A stretch of DNA of 64,000 nt from a bacterium (GTDB taxonomy: Bacteria; UBA8248). Of this stretch, positions 51,101-63,903 are shown in pieces. A program made the translations under genes and the position numbers. Location of the stretch: NCBI GenBank assembly GCA_965213685.1, contig CBDBZY010000064.1, positions 1,184,001 to 1,248,000 of the forward strand. The letters are read 5' to 3'. How positions within the stretch are numbered: the first letter of the stretch is position 1; every line of letters begins with the position of its first letter. The notes below the pieces were generated by a model, which saw only the letters and a list, made by a program, of their open reading frames with translations, was not told the DNA's origin and ran no database searches.

Positions 51101-52937
51101 TCCTGGTAGCCCTGTGACTGGATATGGGTGGGCACCACTTCCTTTCTCCTTGCAGAGCTGGTCTGCACTTGCCCTTTGACCTCACACAAAACCTTCTCAG
51201 ATTAGAAGCAAAAGAACCACATTACTCCACAAGCCTTTTGCACCAACTGCACTTTCCCTTTGACCTGACGTAAAATTGTGCCAGAATGAAGTGCATGAAA
51301 CAACTCTGAGACCTCTTTACAGCAGTCTGTACAGTTGCAAGTCACGCGAACACATGTGCAGTCGTATTGACCTCCAACCTTTGCCTATAACATGCACACA
51401 TACTATAGGTTTGGCTCATGCCAGACAAGTAGAGCGTGGTAGGAAGAATTCATATATTATTGTGTACATGAACCATTGAAAATGAATACAATCATTAGCT
51501 TTGGATATATAAGGAACATTTGTAACTTCAATCACTGCTTTGAATTATAAGTGATAATTACACAAGTGATAGTGTAGTGTTATAATAAATCCTTTTTCAT
51601 CAATATCCATGCTTAAATGGTGAGCTGCACCATATTTCTACGGATACAAGTGGTTTAGGTGCCACAGAGTGCCACTATAAAGTTATTCATGAATGGTTAG
51701 AGGGCTGTTTCTATGCTATACGATGGCTTAGCTCTTGGGGTACTTACTGGTGACTTCCATTTTGATAAATCACTTGCAGCCATTGTGTACTACTCTCACG
51801 TTCCCATCACAGTATTAGCACAGTAGTACTTGGTGTAGAGAAGGCTATGGTCTGCAACACAATAACCATACACTTCACAGAGATCTGTATCTTTTCTCTG
51901 CTATAGTGTAAATATGGCTGAGGTTTATTTCAACCTATAAAGAGCCCTTTGTACCTAATTCTTTTACATTCACGAATCATGTGAAAGGCTCTTTGTAGTT
52001 AACACAATTCTTGAAAGTACCCATTTAAATGCTAAATATCCAGTCTCATCTACATCTTGTCTCCTTACTTTCAATGCTATTTTTCCCCTTTCAATTCAAA
52101 TGAGACTTGAATATTATATATGTATTAGGGTGAACAAAAACAACATAAGAACATGCGTGGTCATATGCTCACAAATGTGAAGTTTATTACCAGACTTGTA
52201 TTTGGATTTTGACTGGAAGGGTCCAACTGACAGGCAGAGAGGTAGGTGTGATGCAATCAATTCCCACTTGACAGCAAACATAAACCAGCTTCAGAGTAAT
52301 ATCCAGGAAGGCAGTGATGGAGAGCAAGGTCATTCCACTTATCCAAAGAAGATGGAGACCAAGGAGATGGGGTGAGGAGCAAGTGCTGAGCTCTCTGGAT
52401 ACAAATACATATCTACTGCTCATCGGGCCAGGGCAGTGGCTGCTGCTGTTGAGCAGGCCGTTCTGACAAGAACAGAGGAGTAAGTATAGAGAACAGAAGG
52501 ACAAATACAAATCTTCTGCGACGAGCTATAACTCACTGTGGACACTAACTGAACTGAAGTGTTTCCCGTTCTCCTGCAACACAACTACATGCCTAACGAG
52601 CTGTCAAAACCACTTTGGCAGTCGACTTTACAAGTTCAGAAAATGGCACAAGTTTTCATTCCAGCCTATTTCATCCCTATAATCCAAGCTTGCATGAATA
52701 GCTTGTAATAAAGCAATGCACGAGCTCCATGTACACTAGCCGTGCTACACTCCCAGGTGGGGCTCAGTCATGGTAGGTGGGGCTAGGGTCAGAGGTCAAC
52801 CAGCTTGTGTTTGCACTGTACAGGCTGTGTAAAGCGGTCCTGGAGTTGAAAACACTCTTAGTTGGCTAGGATAACTCATAGTCCTCAGTACTCAACAAAC
52901 ACTAGCCGCAAATTTGCTGTTCAAAAACAACTTTTTA

Positions 52938-52985
52938 TGCCAAATGTTTCAGTCACTGATCTGTGACCGACCTTCTTCAGTGGCA
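52938..52985 (-). ncRNA. Hammerhead ribozyme motif in a solo Penelope pLTR fragment
   Basis: Minus strand TGCCA-CTGAAGA-aggtc-GGTCAC-AGATCA-GTGACT-GAAAC-ATT-TGGCA. Confidence 0.55.
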
Positions 52986-53029
52986 AGTACACAAACAAAG
53001 GCAATGCAGTTGTTTCATGCACTTTACTC

Positions 53030-53590
53030 TGGAGACTGAGGCTAGGTAGAGCATGGTTCTCCATATACGTAATTTAACCTTCCTAACCTCTCACAAATCA
53101 ATTATGTACTCCTTCCTAAAGCAAGCATACAATTGAAATTCTTCGTCCAAGCTCACAACCTAACACAAAAGCAGCCCTTTCAATATTATCTAATGCTTCG
53201 AAGTCTTTAAAAGCTTCTCCTAATGTGGACCTGAGCGTAATCATGAACTCTTTCCTATTATTCTTGTAAGCAGGACACTCCCATAAAACATGGACAATAC
53301 TCTCGCATTCATCACCACATAAAACACGCTCAGTCCTGCCATTCCTGCCCTTATGCCCACTTAACTCCTCCTTCAAACCATGTGTTCCTGACCTAAATTT
53401 ATACAAGGGTCTAGTTCCAGCATCACTAACCCCTCTTGAACTCTACTTCCTTACCAAATGTTTTATACAACTCTAACTTAACCTTGCTATTCAATCCTTC
53501 CACATACTCTTTACTTTCTCTACATATTCATTCACATTCGACAAAAACAGGTTTAATGGCCATTGCCCTAATATTATCTAACAATTCCCT
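53030..53590 (-). mobile_element. LINE (RTEX-like) ORF2 3' region
   Basis: KFRSGTHGLKEELSGH...VLCGDECESIVHVLWECPAY (C-terminal CCHC-type knuckle). Confidence 0.75.
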
Positions 53591-53880
53591 GATGATGGAA
53601 GATTAATTTGATATATAGTATGACCCACTAGCATATAACCTTCCATCTAATCTGGGAAGGTTTTACATGAGGTCAAAGTGCAACACCAGTTGGTGCAAAA
53701 GCTTTGCGGAGTACTGTTGCTCTTTGCTGGGAAGGTTTTATGTGAGGTCAAAGGTCGCCGGATTGGGAGAATGCCCCACTCATTGAACCTCATTTACTAA
53801 GTCATGTAAAAGCTCCCTATGAAACACCCACTTCTTATACTAAGGAGTTTTACATGAGTTGCAGTCACGTACACTATTAC

Positions 53881-54735
53881 TAGTCTCGCGCGCCAGACGC
53901 TTGGAAAACACAGGTATCGTCAAGCTTGCAATGAGGGTTGGTTCCGCACTGTCAGCATTGAGTGATAATATAAACAGCTGGTAAGGTAATGTGAACTGTC
54001 CGTTATGAATATGATTAGAGCCTCCAAGCATCACACACATGAACTCTATCATTACACTTACTTATTGACTGTAAGGCAAATTAGGTAACATTTGTGCATG
54101 CAGTAACTTCTTGAAGTCACCTTGAATGCTATTTTTATGGGACAAAGCAGATTGGTAGCTGTGATGCATGTAGAAGTAATGTATGTACACTAGAAAACGT
54201 TTGACTGTACTGCAGACAACTTACAGGGCCTAGCGTATGAACCGTTTGAGATTTTGCACATTACACGTGTACATTGAGCGCTTAGTGCTGATACAGCGCC
54301 TAATCACGAATTGCTATGGCCTAGAAGACTCGTTACATCCACAGACATAGCGAGTGCTAGTGAGTTTTCAGAACAAAAATCATCCATGCTGCCCCCAGGG
54401 TAAAGTAGAAAGGCAACAAAGTTCGGAAAAAAGTGCTGACTCAGCACTTTACACTGACCGGTGTCCGCCCCCTTATTAGCGCTTTGGTGTGGGATACACT
54501 AGCGCTGTGCTACACAGACTTCATTTAGTCACCACATACTACTAGATCACCGCAATCAGATATTTGTGGCCAGCAGTATAAACTGTTGAAAAACTGTGAA
54601 AAAATTCACGATTACGGTCATTAAAGGGTTAATGGGCAATTATCAGTCCAAGAAATTCCTGGACCCATTGGAACCAAACCGCTATGCGAGTTTAACCAGA
54701 CCCTTTTTTTCCTGAGGGTCTGGCGCATGAGACTA
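53881..54735. mobile_element. Second copy of the TAGTCTC MITE, interrupted by a piggyBac-like 3' end (~54030-54632)
   Basis: TAGTCTCGCGCGCCAGAC ... GTCTGGCGCATGAGACTA. Both halves match 22017-22303 in reverse. The insert ends AAAGGG|TTAA. Confidence 0.75.
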
Positions 54736-54740
54736 AAATA

Positions 54741-55230
54741 CCATATGGCGCCAAAGGGCACAATTTTAAAGTTTCACGGAAACAAATTTTGCGGATCACA
54801 AGGATTTAAGTTAGCCACGCCTACTTCTGGACAGCTGCACATGTTTCTTAGTAACAGACGGTTGGTTGCAGCATCAGTGTTCTACCACTTGCTTCCCTTA
54901 CGTAACTTCATTTTTGCTCTGAAGTGACCTTAACATTTTTCACTGGTTCCCAAATTGCATGTCTCGGCCCTTCATTGGCTGATGCGATAGACGCCGAAGT
55001 ACTTCCGATCCCATGACAAAGACCTCAACAATTGGGCAGCTTATCATCGGATTTTCACTTAAAGTATAGCGATAGAATACCATCGATTGATCACCAGCTA
55101 GCTGAAGTTGTGGCAATGTACACATCTTCGACAACTTAGCTTTTATTTCACAGAGCATAATTTTCATGGTTCGCAGCTAATCCGCGAAAACTGCAAAAAT
55201 TATGCTCATCGAAAATTTGGCGCTATACAG
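54741..55230. mobile_element. MITE, copy of 11140-11586 (reverse orientation)
   Basis: TA|CCATATGGCGCCAAA ... AAATTTGGCGCTATACAG|TA. Confidence 0.8.
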
Positions 55231-55319
55231 TATTGCCATGATTGGATCACGGCTGAAGTCACGTAAAATCGTGCCATGATTCAGTCATGGGGGATGTCAT
55301 GTAAAATCGTCCCATGATA

Positions 55320-55640
55320 GAATAATAATAATAATAATTATCAAGAGGCTGCCCTAGCAATCCTGCCATTGACCATGCACCCAGTGTAGGCGGAGCCAGT
55401 TTTACACGAAGCATCATTTATACATGTAGATAACTTACCTGTCGCTCTCCCTGAGTGACTGAACTTACCAAACTTACCTCTTCTCTGCCCCCCAACCACA
55501 GTGCCATCCTTCAGTTCCCCAACCGAGGACTGAGACTGAGGCTGGTTAGAGCATGGTTCTCCATATAATTTAACCTTCCTAACCTCCCACACATCAGTTA
55601 TGTACTCCTTCACTAAAGCAAGCATAGAATCAAAGTTCTC
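55320..55640 (-). mobile_element. LINE 3' end with (TAA)n tail
   Basis: LALVKEYITDVWEVRKVKLYGEPCS matches 53040-53130. An (AAT)n microsatellite follows the stop directly. A related fragment with an (ATC)n tail lies at 58070-58400. Confidence 0.75.
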
Positions 55641-55699
55641 CGTCCCATGGTAGAATCATGGAAATTACATCACTTTTACCAAAGCTCCGTCTGACAGGC

Positions 55700-56203
55700 A
55701 TTTAGAAACCCTAGGGCCCTTAGTAGCGCCCTCACTGTGCCCAGGATGCTACAGCTCAGGGCCCTCGGGTTTCTAAATGCCATAGATCCCTGGACTCAGC
55801 GTGTAACTATTATTGATTGGTCAGTGAGCGGTATCTATTTTTTGTAGATACCTTGTCCAGGTATCTGTTTTTTGTGCCTTGAGCAAATCATTTAATGCGT
55901 GGTATCTATTATTTGCGCTGCAGGATTGCACATTACCTCCGCCCTTTCTACAGCATACACACGAAAAGCTTGATGCAATGTTTCATAATAACGTCAGCAC
56001 ACCATGCATGCATGAGGACTTGTGTCCAACGGTAGCGTACAGGCACTTCGCTGTGCTCTAAACTTGTTGGACAACTTATCCAATGGTATTCAGAAACCCT
56101 CAGGCCCTTAGTAGCGTCATCGCTGCACTCAGGACGCTACAGCTCAGGGCCCTCAGGTTTCTAAATACTGTAGATCCCTGGACTCACCATCTAACTAATA
56201 TTT
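55700..56203. repeat. Pair of ~110-bp hairpin-containing direct repeats
   Basis: AGAAACCC...GGGCCCT..GGTTTCTAAAT...AGATCCCTGGACTCA....TAACTA at 55704-55813 and 56092-56202. Confidence 0.8.
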
Positions 56204-57299
56204 AACCTCTTGTTCAAGCTTCAACAAAATTGAATAACATGTGTACTTTTTGTATTAAGTGGGGCTAGTGAGTGTAGCCACGTTCTCCAGGCATGTAACG
56301 GCGCAATATAGCATACAGACAGGCGTGCTGTTCATCGCTGTAACCTCGTCCCCAAGCTGTTAGGGGGTGATGGAGGCACCACATATGGCCACTACCTGCC
56401 TTCCAGGAATCGGCTGGTCTCGTCTTTTTTCTAGAAATGCAAGTACAGCATAGTTTATATGTGATTTGGGCTATGTCCTGGCTAGAGGTTGCACAGACCA
56501 TGGCAAAAATAGGCATCTTTGTCGTCGTGTACAAAGGGAAAATTATATGCCAATGTTGCCGTTGTACTTAAAGACAAAATTTTACACCAAACTTGCCTTT
56601 ATGTTACTCAAAGCAAACTTTTACTAGTGCCAGTCCGCGGATTAGCCCTGCGTGACAGACTAGCAGACAGACACCTACACACACAGAACAAGCAAGTTTG
56701 CAATAAACCTTGTTACAGGTCTTTTTGCAACTGGTTTCATAAGACACAGAGCACCAGTACTATTATTTATAATTGCATGGGCAGGATCACTTGTTGGACC
56801 AGGATATACAAACATACGTACTCTGTAGACCTCCATGCTAGATTGAAAATGGTGCATGATTCATGCCTTGACCTTTGAGATAAATGTACAGAAATCTTTC
56901 TGGCACACAAGTACACACTTTGCAGACCGCTGGATGAGAAGACTCAGCACTTCCAGAGAGTCATCATTCCTCAGGAAAAGTGCTGAACACTCATACTTAC
57001 AAAGTCAACATGGACCCCTTACTTTCCCCTCATTAGGCTTGTCCAGACTACACGGCGAACATCCTGTAGTCTTTGGCAACATGCACCGTTGAAATTTGCT
57101 TTGATGTACAAAACTGCTCCTTCTCCGGTATGCGTGTATCACTAGGTGAATCAAGGAAAACACCTTAGCAAATGATGGAGTCAATAGCATTTAATGCCTT
57201 TGCTTGTACACATTTCAAATGTACAGTGATGGGCTTACATACTCCCTACCTGTAGCATGTTTAAAATTGTGTATTCCTCAATATTTCCCACTTTCACAG

Positions 57300-57398
57300 A
57301 TAACATCAAGACTGCACAGAGTACGGCTCCTAAAGGTTATATCAGGTGAACATTCTGTGCAAAACATACTGAAAGGAGAAAACCTAGGACTGTGGTGA
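57300..57398 (+). CDS. Host gene terminal exon F (SAM helix 5, stop)
   Basis: ttcccactttcacag|ATA ACA TCA AGA CTG CAC AGA ... TGG TGA. Reads ITSRLHRVRLLKVISGEHSVQNILKGENLGLW* (SAM I...HR.KLL..I). Confidence 0.88.
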   Translation: MTSRLHRVRLLKVISGEHSVQNILKGENLGLW

Positions 57399-58401
57399 AT
57401 GGTATCGTTGACACTGACTGTCACTGCTTCTAGTATTTGTACAATGTAGTTGGAAAAGGTGAATACATGATCAATATATTTGCTGAGCACAAGACAACCT
57501 ATATCATAGCATGTGTGCATGCGCATGTGCATGTGTGATTGGGTGTGTGTTCATAGTTCAAAGTTAGTGCAGATAGCATACATAGTAGACACCTTCCTAA
57601 CTTCAAATGCAGATAGGATTTCTCCCCAGTCCCAAGTTGTTTTTTGTTTTTTGTTTTTTTTACGCGCATTGGGTTTGCATTCGATTTTCGTTTCCCATTT
57701 CCGGATTCCTATATACCAGCCGAGGCTAAACCGCCTGTACGCGTGTGCACGTATTAAGGCGCGCGCCGACCCTTGCGTGCCATACACCACAAATATTCTC
57801 TTAAGTTCAATTACGTGCCTCTTACGTTACGTAATTCACGCACTGACTTGGGCGGCAAAGTGAACCCCAGCCTAGCTCTACTCCCTAACACCGTCTGTGC
57901 CCTTTTTAATATCTTGATTGGAGGGGGTCTTTGCCTGCCTAAGAAGTAGCTTAGTTGTGTGATGGAACGAGAGGTATATAGGATTAGGCTTGGTCCAGGA
58001 ATTACAAAGCTTTATCAACCTACATGTACTTGCACACAATCAGCAGAGTATGGTATACTTCAGCCAATTTTGTAATCATCATCATCATCATCGAGGGCTG
58101 ACCTAGCCCAACTAGCCATGCACCCAGCAGTCTGCAGAGCCAGTTTTGCAAACATGTAACTGCCACTTTGTACATGATGAGTGACTGAACTTGCCAGCCT
58201 TATATAGCACTGCTCCTTCAACCCTCAACCACCATGGAATCACTCAAAATCTTTGAAAAGCTCAAGAGCATAACTTGATAAGTGCATCCTTGTAAGCTGG
58301 ACATTCCCACAGTACATGACCACTCTCTCACTTGGCACCAGACATGTACATGCATGTACACTCTTTTGCCAGTCTGCCCCCTGTGTCGGTCTAACTCTTC
58401 A

Positions 58402-58490
<89 letters not shown>

Positions 58491-59044
58491 GCATGACCGG
58501 ATTTTCTTCGTAACCGTAGAAGCTGCGCTCTTCAAAGTTGGAGAATAGGAGAAGCGTCGTAGTCTCTCGGCACTCGTGAACTCTGGAGCCGCTCAGTTGA
58601 TGGTGAGGCTATCGGTGAGCGAAAGCAACTTCCTCGAGGCTGTGTAAACTCGCGTTTTCGAGGTTCCATTAGCTACTAGTGGAGTGGAAGTACAAACGGT
58701 ACGATCTGGTGTCACATACGCGGTTGGGAGCTTTTCGGCTCACACGTGTTCAGCCAAAGCGGTGAGCCTAGCTAGTACTTGGGTGCGCACTTATTGGAGA
58801 AGTGTACGTTCTTGGGCTGCTCAAGCCCAAGCGAACTTCTGTTCCTACTCGAACATCTAACACTGAGCTGATGTAGTGTAATTATATTTCTGAGGTGATA
58901 CTTCTACATGTAGCTGTACTGAGATGTTCCTTGTGTATATATGATCAATGAGACTGCCTTGATTTGTGGTGGGTTTCTTAGCCCTTTGTGTAAAAGCTGT
59001 AAAAATGCATGTAATCCTGTTTTTTTAATAAAACTAGAACAAGA

Positions 59045-59125
59045 CAGGGGAAGGGGAGGAGAGGAGAGGAGAGGGGAGGGGAGGGGAGGGAAAGGAAGGG
59101 AAGGGAAGGGAGGGAGGGTGGTGGG
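59045..59125 (+). repeat. Polypurine (GGAGA/GGGAA) tract
   Basis: About 75 nt of almost pure G/A between the two convergent genes. Confidence 0.9.
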
Positions 59126-59566
59126 TGTGTGTGTTTGCAAGTGCAATGTTTGTGAATGCTATTCAGCAGTGCTAGTCATAAGGCTAACGTACACTTCTAC
59201 AAAGACATGCATCAAAAAAGAATGGCATGACTACGGTGAATACATTTATCCATTATCCATCTCTAAGCTGCGCAAGGGTTATGCACTTTCCAAGTGCTTT
59301 TCATTCAAAGCATGTGTTCATTCCTAGATTGTAGGAAATGCACTAAAATGTGTAACTGTGTAGATTCCCAGAATGTGCTGAACATGTGCTGAACATGTAT
59401 ACATGTATCTGTGTTGAAAACTTTAAAACACTCTCCCATTCACAGATGTCACTCTAAAACACAATCATCATCGATATCATTGATACAATTGCAGCTGTAT
59501 GTCTACCCTCTATATGCTCAGATACAAATATAGTTTCTACTAGTAACTGTTGTATCATAATCAATG

Positions 59567-59672
59567 TTATGCAGTGCTGTCGTCTGATTCTTCTACTCCC
59601 TCTCCATCTTTTTCTGGTGCTGGGGTGCTTAAGTCATTGGACTCATTCAAGCCTCGTAACTTAGACAATAAA
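59567..59672 (-). CDS. EXOC8: Exocyst complex component 8, terminal exon
   Basis: cttacag|T TTA TTG ... GCA TAA. Phase 2 matches the upstream exon. Reads SLLSKLRGLNESNDLSTPAPEKDGEGVEESDDSTA*. Confidence 0.75.
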
Positions 59673-60006
59673 CTGTAAGTAGTGGAGAATGAAAGAGGAC
59701 CCATATTTTCATGCACTACACTGCAGACAAAACACGAGAGGAAAATACATGATACATGAAAGTTGCCAGTGGTAGCAGAGTATTCAACATGTCAGAACAT
59801 GCACTGGCCACCAACCTACACAACAACACAATTGGGATATCGAATTTGAATTTGATTATGGTACAGATAAACAATCACCTATGTGCTAGTTCCAGACATG
59901 GTACATGGCACCATTACTTAACAGGCAAGACACAATATGCAGTCTTAGTAAAAAGGAGCAGAACAATGTACTCAACAGTGATTGGTGGCACACGAGGGGT
60001 CTGTAC

Positions 60007-60373
60007 CTATCATGTAGATCCGCAAAGTCGGGTATCTGCACCCCAGTCTGGGTATTGATACTGTTGCCCACAGTTGGTAGCAGGGTCTCAATAATGAATA
60101 GCGCATCAGCCACAATAAAATCACTCACTGGAACATTCTCATCTCGATTGAAGGCATCCACATAGAGGTCAACCATGTACCGGAATGCATCACAGAAACT
60201 GTCAATGAAACCCAGCAGGAGTTCTGGAACATAGATCCTCATGGTGTCATTGACATAACCAAAGATTAGCCGGCAGAAGGTGACCGTTGTTTGGCTGAGA
60301 TCAACCACGCTACCTTCCTGTATCTTATTCTTGAAGTCGCGGATACCAAGATTTTCCATCTCCATCAAGATGG
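60007..60373 (-). CDS. EXOC8: Exocyst complex component 8 exon
   Basis: ctgtag|CC ATC ... GAT AG|gtacag. Reads EMENLGIRDF...VDLSQTTVTFCR...IYVPEL...ALFIIETLLPTV, resembling the vertebrate EXOC8 C-terminus. Confidence 0.9.
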
Positions 60374-60430
60374 CTACAGAAAAGTTGTGGGAAGAAAGCA
60401 AATGCTTTAGTGCAATTGATGTATAAATCC

Positions 60431-60526
60431 TGGTGACTCAGGTGAAGAAAGAATGTCACTGGGACAAGATTCAATGCTTGGGACTGAAGTTTGTCTTCCA
60501 TTCTTTCTTCTTCACCTGAGTCACCA
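60431..60526. repeat. ~95-bp hairpin/mini-MITE in an EXOC8 intron
   Basis: TGGTGACTCAGGTGAAGAAAGAATG / CATTCTTTCTTCTTCACCTGAGTCACCA. Confidence 0.8.
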
Positions 60527-60883
60527 TTTATCCATCACCAGGTGCCTGCCATATATGAACAATTGATGTGTATATGTTTTTACAATGTACATACATTTGT
60601 AAAAACATATACACAAGTGATGTGAACTATGGTTCTACAATGTGTGTGTCATCTATTCAACAGTTATTGCACAAGCAGTGTAAATGTGGAGACTCTTGAT
60701 ATCATATTTCTAATGGAATGTCCACCTAGCACTGGTCTGGATGAATCACTACCTACTGCTAAGAGCTCCACACTGTAGTGGAGAACCAGAAATATACATG
60801 TAGGTGCTCTTGGAAGTCCAAGAGCAGGATAGCTACATATATACATATACCTTATTCATACTGTATACATTCCATGTACATAC

Positions 60884-60989
60884 CAGCCAATCGAGGTTGA
60901 TCATTCCCAAGATCTAGTGGCTGCCATGTCTCAGGAGTTGCACTCAGAGAGCACTGCTTTGTCACCTCATTTTTTGCATCTGCCAGAGC
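60884..60989 (-). CDS. EXOC8: Exocyst complex component 8 exon
   Basis: tctttag|GCT CTG ... GCT G|gtatgt. 106 nt, phase 0 to 1, reading ALADAKNEVTKQCSLSATPETWQPLDL. Confidence 0.85.
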
Positions 60990-61221
60990 CTAAAGAAATA
61001 CAACTGCCACATTGAGCATTGAGTATGGTATAGCATACACAACACAATAATAACTACTCGGTGCATATTTACTCTTTGCTAATTGATGTTCCTTTAATGT
61101 CATAACATCACACTGGGGCATTTCCCATTTAAATTATGGGGTCAAATATCATGTATTGTCATCTCAGGAGGCTACTTAATATAATATCACTTGCAAGCAG
61201 TCCACCATCTAAACACTTCAT

Positions 61222-61370
61222 TAGCCTTGTACCCAAGCTCTCCCACATGCACGCAATAATTGATGACCTTGGTACCCATGGGGAAAGCAGCTTATCCACA
61301 GCTTATCCTTATGGGTACAAAGGTCATCAATTATTGCATGTGCACGTGGGAGAGCCTAGGTACAAGGCTA
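61222..61370. mobile_element. Palindromic TAG..CTA MITE (AcademH-type ends)
   Basis: TAGCCTTGTACCCAAGCTCTCCCACATGCAC...AATAATTGATGACCTT / AAGGTCATCAATTATT...GTGGGAGAGCCTAGGTACAAGGCTA. Confidence 0.8.
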
Positions 61371-61729
61371 ACACATTGAACTGGAGAAGGCAGATGCATT
61401 ATGGTGGACCATTGGACTTACACTCGTTAATGCACTTCATGTACTGTACAGTAACATTGCAATCATGCTTGGTACTTAGGTAGAGTAACTGTATTGTAGT
61501 ATTTCATCCTTTGATTAATTCTGGCCCTCATCCATGCAATATCATACAGAGCTAAGGAACTAAAACTATGGAGGGTTACAGTACAGTATCCTTTTAATAT
61601 GCAATCAGCGAAGACAAACTTAGGATCGCATGTGTCAGCACATCATGCCTATCCTCTGAACTGCTGCCCGATTTCTCACATATACAGTGTATACATCACA
61701 ACACACACACACACAAACACACACATACA

Positions 61730-61785
<56 letters not shown>

Positions 61786-62980
61786 TTACAAGTATAAATG
61801 TACGTACAGGATATAGGGATAGCAATGCCAAAACAACAGAGAAAATATGTACAGACGTAGGGATGGCAGCATGCAGGCAACATGGGGCATACAAAGACCA
61901 CACAAGCATAAAATTATCCAGTCTATGTTATTAGATCACTGAAACAGCATTGTAGAGTGAAAATATATAGACATATAGAGATGCTGAAATACTGTGCAGT
62001 TGATGGTACCTGTATGTGTTAGACAGTCACATACAGTGAAGTACATGTAGGTAGGTACAATCTAGCCTGGGATTTCTTCAGGGGTTTCAGCCCTTTGAGC
62101 TTAAAAAGTACATGTAGGAGTGCTCAAACACTCCTTGCTCCATGCCTGTGAAATAGAACAGAGGCTGCTCTGGTTGCTGGTTTGTTTATTAGTATTTAGA
62201 CTATAGTGCACTCCTTTTGGTAAATCTGATTGGTTGAAGTGAGGGCATTGCACAGACAGCATAGGCCATACAAGACCACACAAGTAACCCCGAAGAAAGA
62301 CAGTTCTCACACACACTCCTTTTGGACACAATGGGGCACGATTTCAGCTCCAATACTTCACTAACAGTGAACTTGAGAAACTAGAATTCAGCCCAAGCCA
62401 AGCACAACACATTAAAAAGAGCCATTGTGACACATTACACCTGTCTTGAAACCCTGAAACACAGCACACGTATGTATTTTAAGAAAGAAAGGAACCTACT
62501 AAGAGGGTACTCTCTCTTAACATACAAAACATACACACACACGAACATCACAGACGACCACTACCACAAAAACCATACACACATTAACAAAAGGACTACT
62601 GCAGGACTCGCTCATACACAGTGTGCAGCAACAGTAACACATGGTGGACGTATAAGTGATAATTATTTTTGCAATAACAGCATACATGTAAGTGATTACG
62701 TTGCAATAGAAAGTGATGATATTGCATATAGTATCAAAAGTAGTATCTTCTGTATACCATATATCTTTGTCATGTAAATGTTATGGACCAATTACCAACC
62801 CAGCAGGCTTTGAAACTGGCCAGCCGGCTTTGAAACGGGCTGGCCCGATTGAACCCTATAGGGAGACTCCAGCCTGCTTTAAAACCAGCTACAAAGCCGG
62901 CCAGGTATAAGCGCCAAACTCTTCAGATAGCGAGCAAAGCCCCTGCCTGTAACAGTGCAGCCTCACCGTAAGTTTGCAAC

Positions 62981-63146
62981 TACCTAGCTGCTATACAGTT
63001 AACCAGCAGCTACAGCATGGCAACTCACTCTGCTATACTAGTATGGCGGCCATAATTACATACGTAGCTGCTATACAGTTAACCAGCAGCTACAGCATGG
63101 CAACTCACTCTGCTATACTAGTATAGCGGCCATAATTACATACGTA
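62981..63146 (+). repeat. Tandem duplication, 80-bp period
   Basis: Two near-identical copies of TAC.TAGCTGCTATACAGTTAACC...GGCCATAATTACA. Confidence 0.9.
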
Positions 63147-63221
63147 CATGTATATATGTCCATGCACCCATATTCATTGAGAAATCATAGCACATGCGAT
63201 GTGGAAAATTGACCCACTCAC

Positions 63222-63903
63222 CTGACAGATGTAAGAATGGAAATTGCTCATCAACTTGAATGTGAGATTAATACCGATAGTGTGGAGAGAATCACACTCC
63301 TTACGTATGGCAACCAAGCACTCAGCCACGGTAGAAAGAGGGGTGTTAGTAAAAATAACAGGTGTGCAGCGATCACAGAACACCTGTAACTGATTGATTG
63401 ACCACACTATGAATGATGAGTAGCTGCCACTGTTGCTTCCAAATGCCCGTCGAAATTCCAGTGCAGCATTCCTCAGCCCACAGAAAAATACCGAGGAGAG
63501 ATTACCCACATACAGGCTGGTAGCTCCTTCCTCCATTTTGACATCTTCAAGATCATGTTGGATTATGTGCTTATGATTGAGAAGGAACAGCTCACAGGCC
63601 TTAGCTGAGTGGCCCAACTTGATGAGCAAGCCAACTGCCCTGCGGGCAGCTCTAGGACCCCCTCTCAGGGATCCACTGGGAGAAGATTCCAGCTCTTTCA
63701 TAAGCACTGTGCTCAGCTGAGTGATGCGATGGTTAACACGAGCGCGTATGTCACGTAGGGCATGGGAATCAGAAAAGTCCTTCAGATAGCTCTTGGTTTC
63801 CTCAATCAGCTTGATAGCTTGATCAAACTCACGCTGAGCTATGTAGACATCAAGATTCTCAGGTGCATCCTTCAGCCAATTAGCAGCAAGTAGGTCTCCT
63901 TGT
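63222..63903 (-). CDS. EXOC8: Exocyst complex component 8 (Exo84 C-terminal domain) exon
   Basis: ttgacag|A CAA GGA ... TGT CAG|gtgagt. Reads WLKDAPENLDVYIAQREFDQA...SLRGGPRAARRAVGLLIKLGHSAKACELFL...GATSLY...LSTVAECL, resembling human EXOC8 (PEDLDVCIAQRDF...SLRGGPKATRRAV...KACELFL). Confidence 0.95.
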
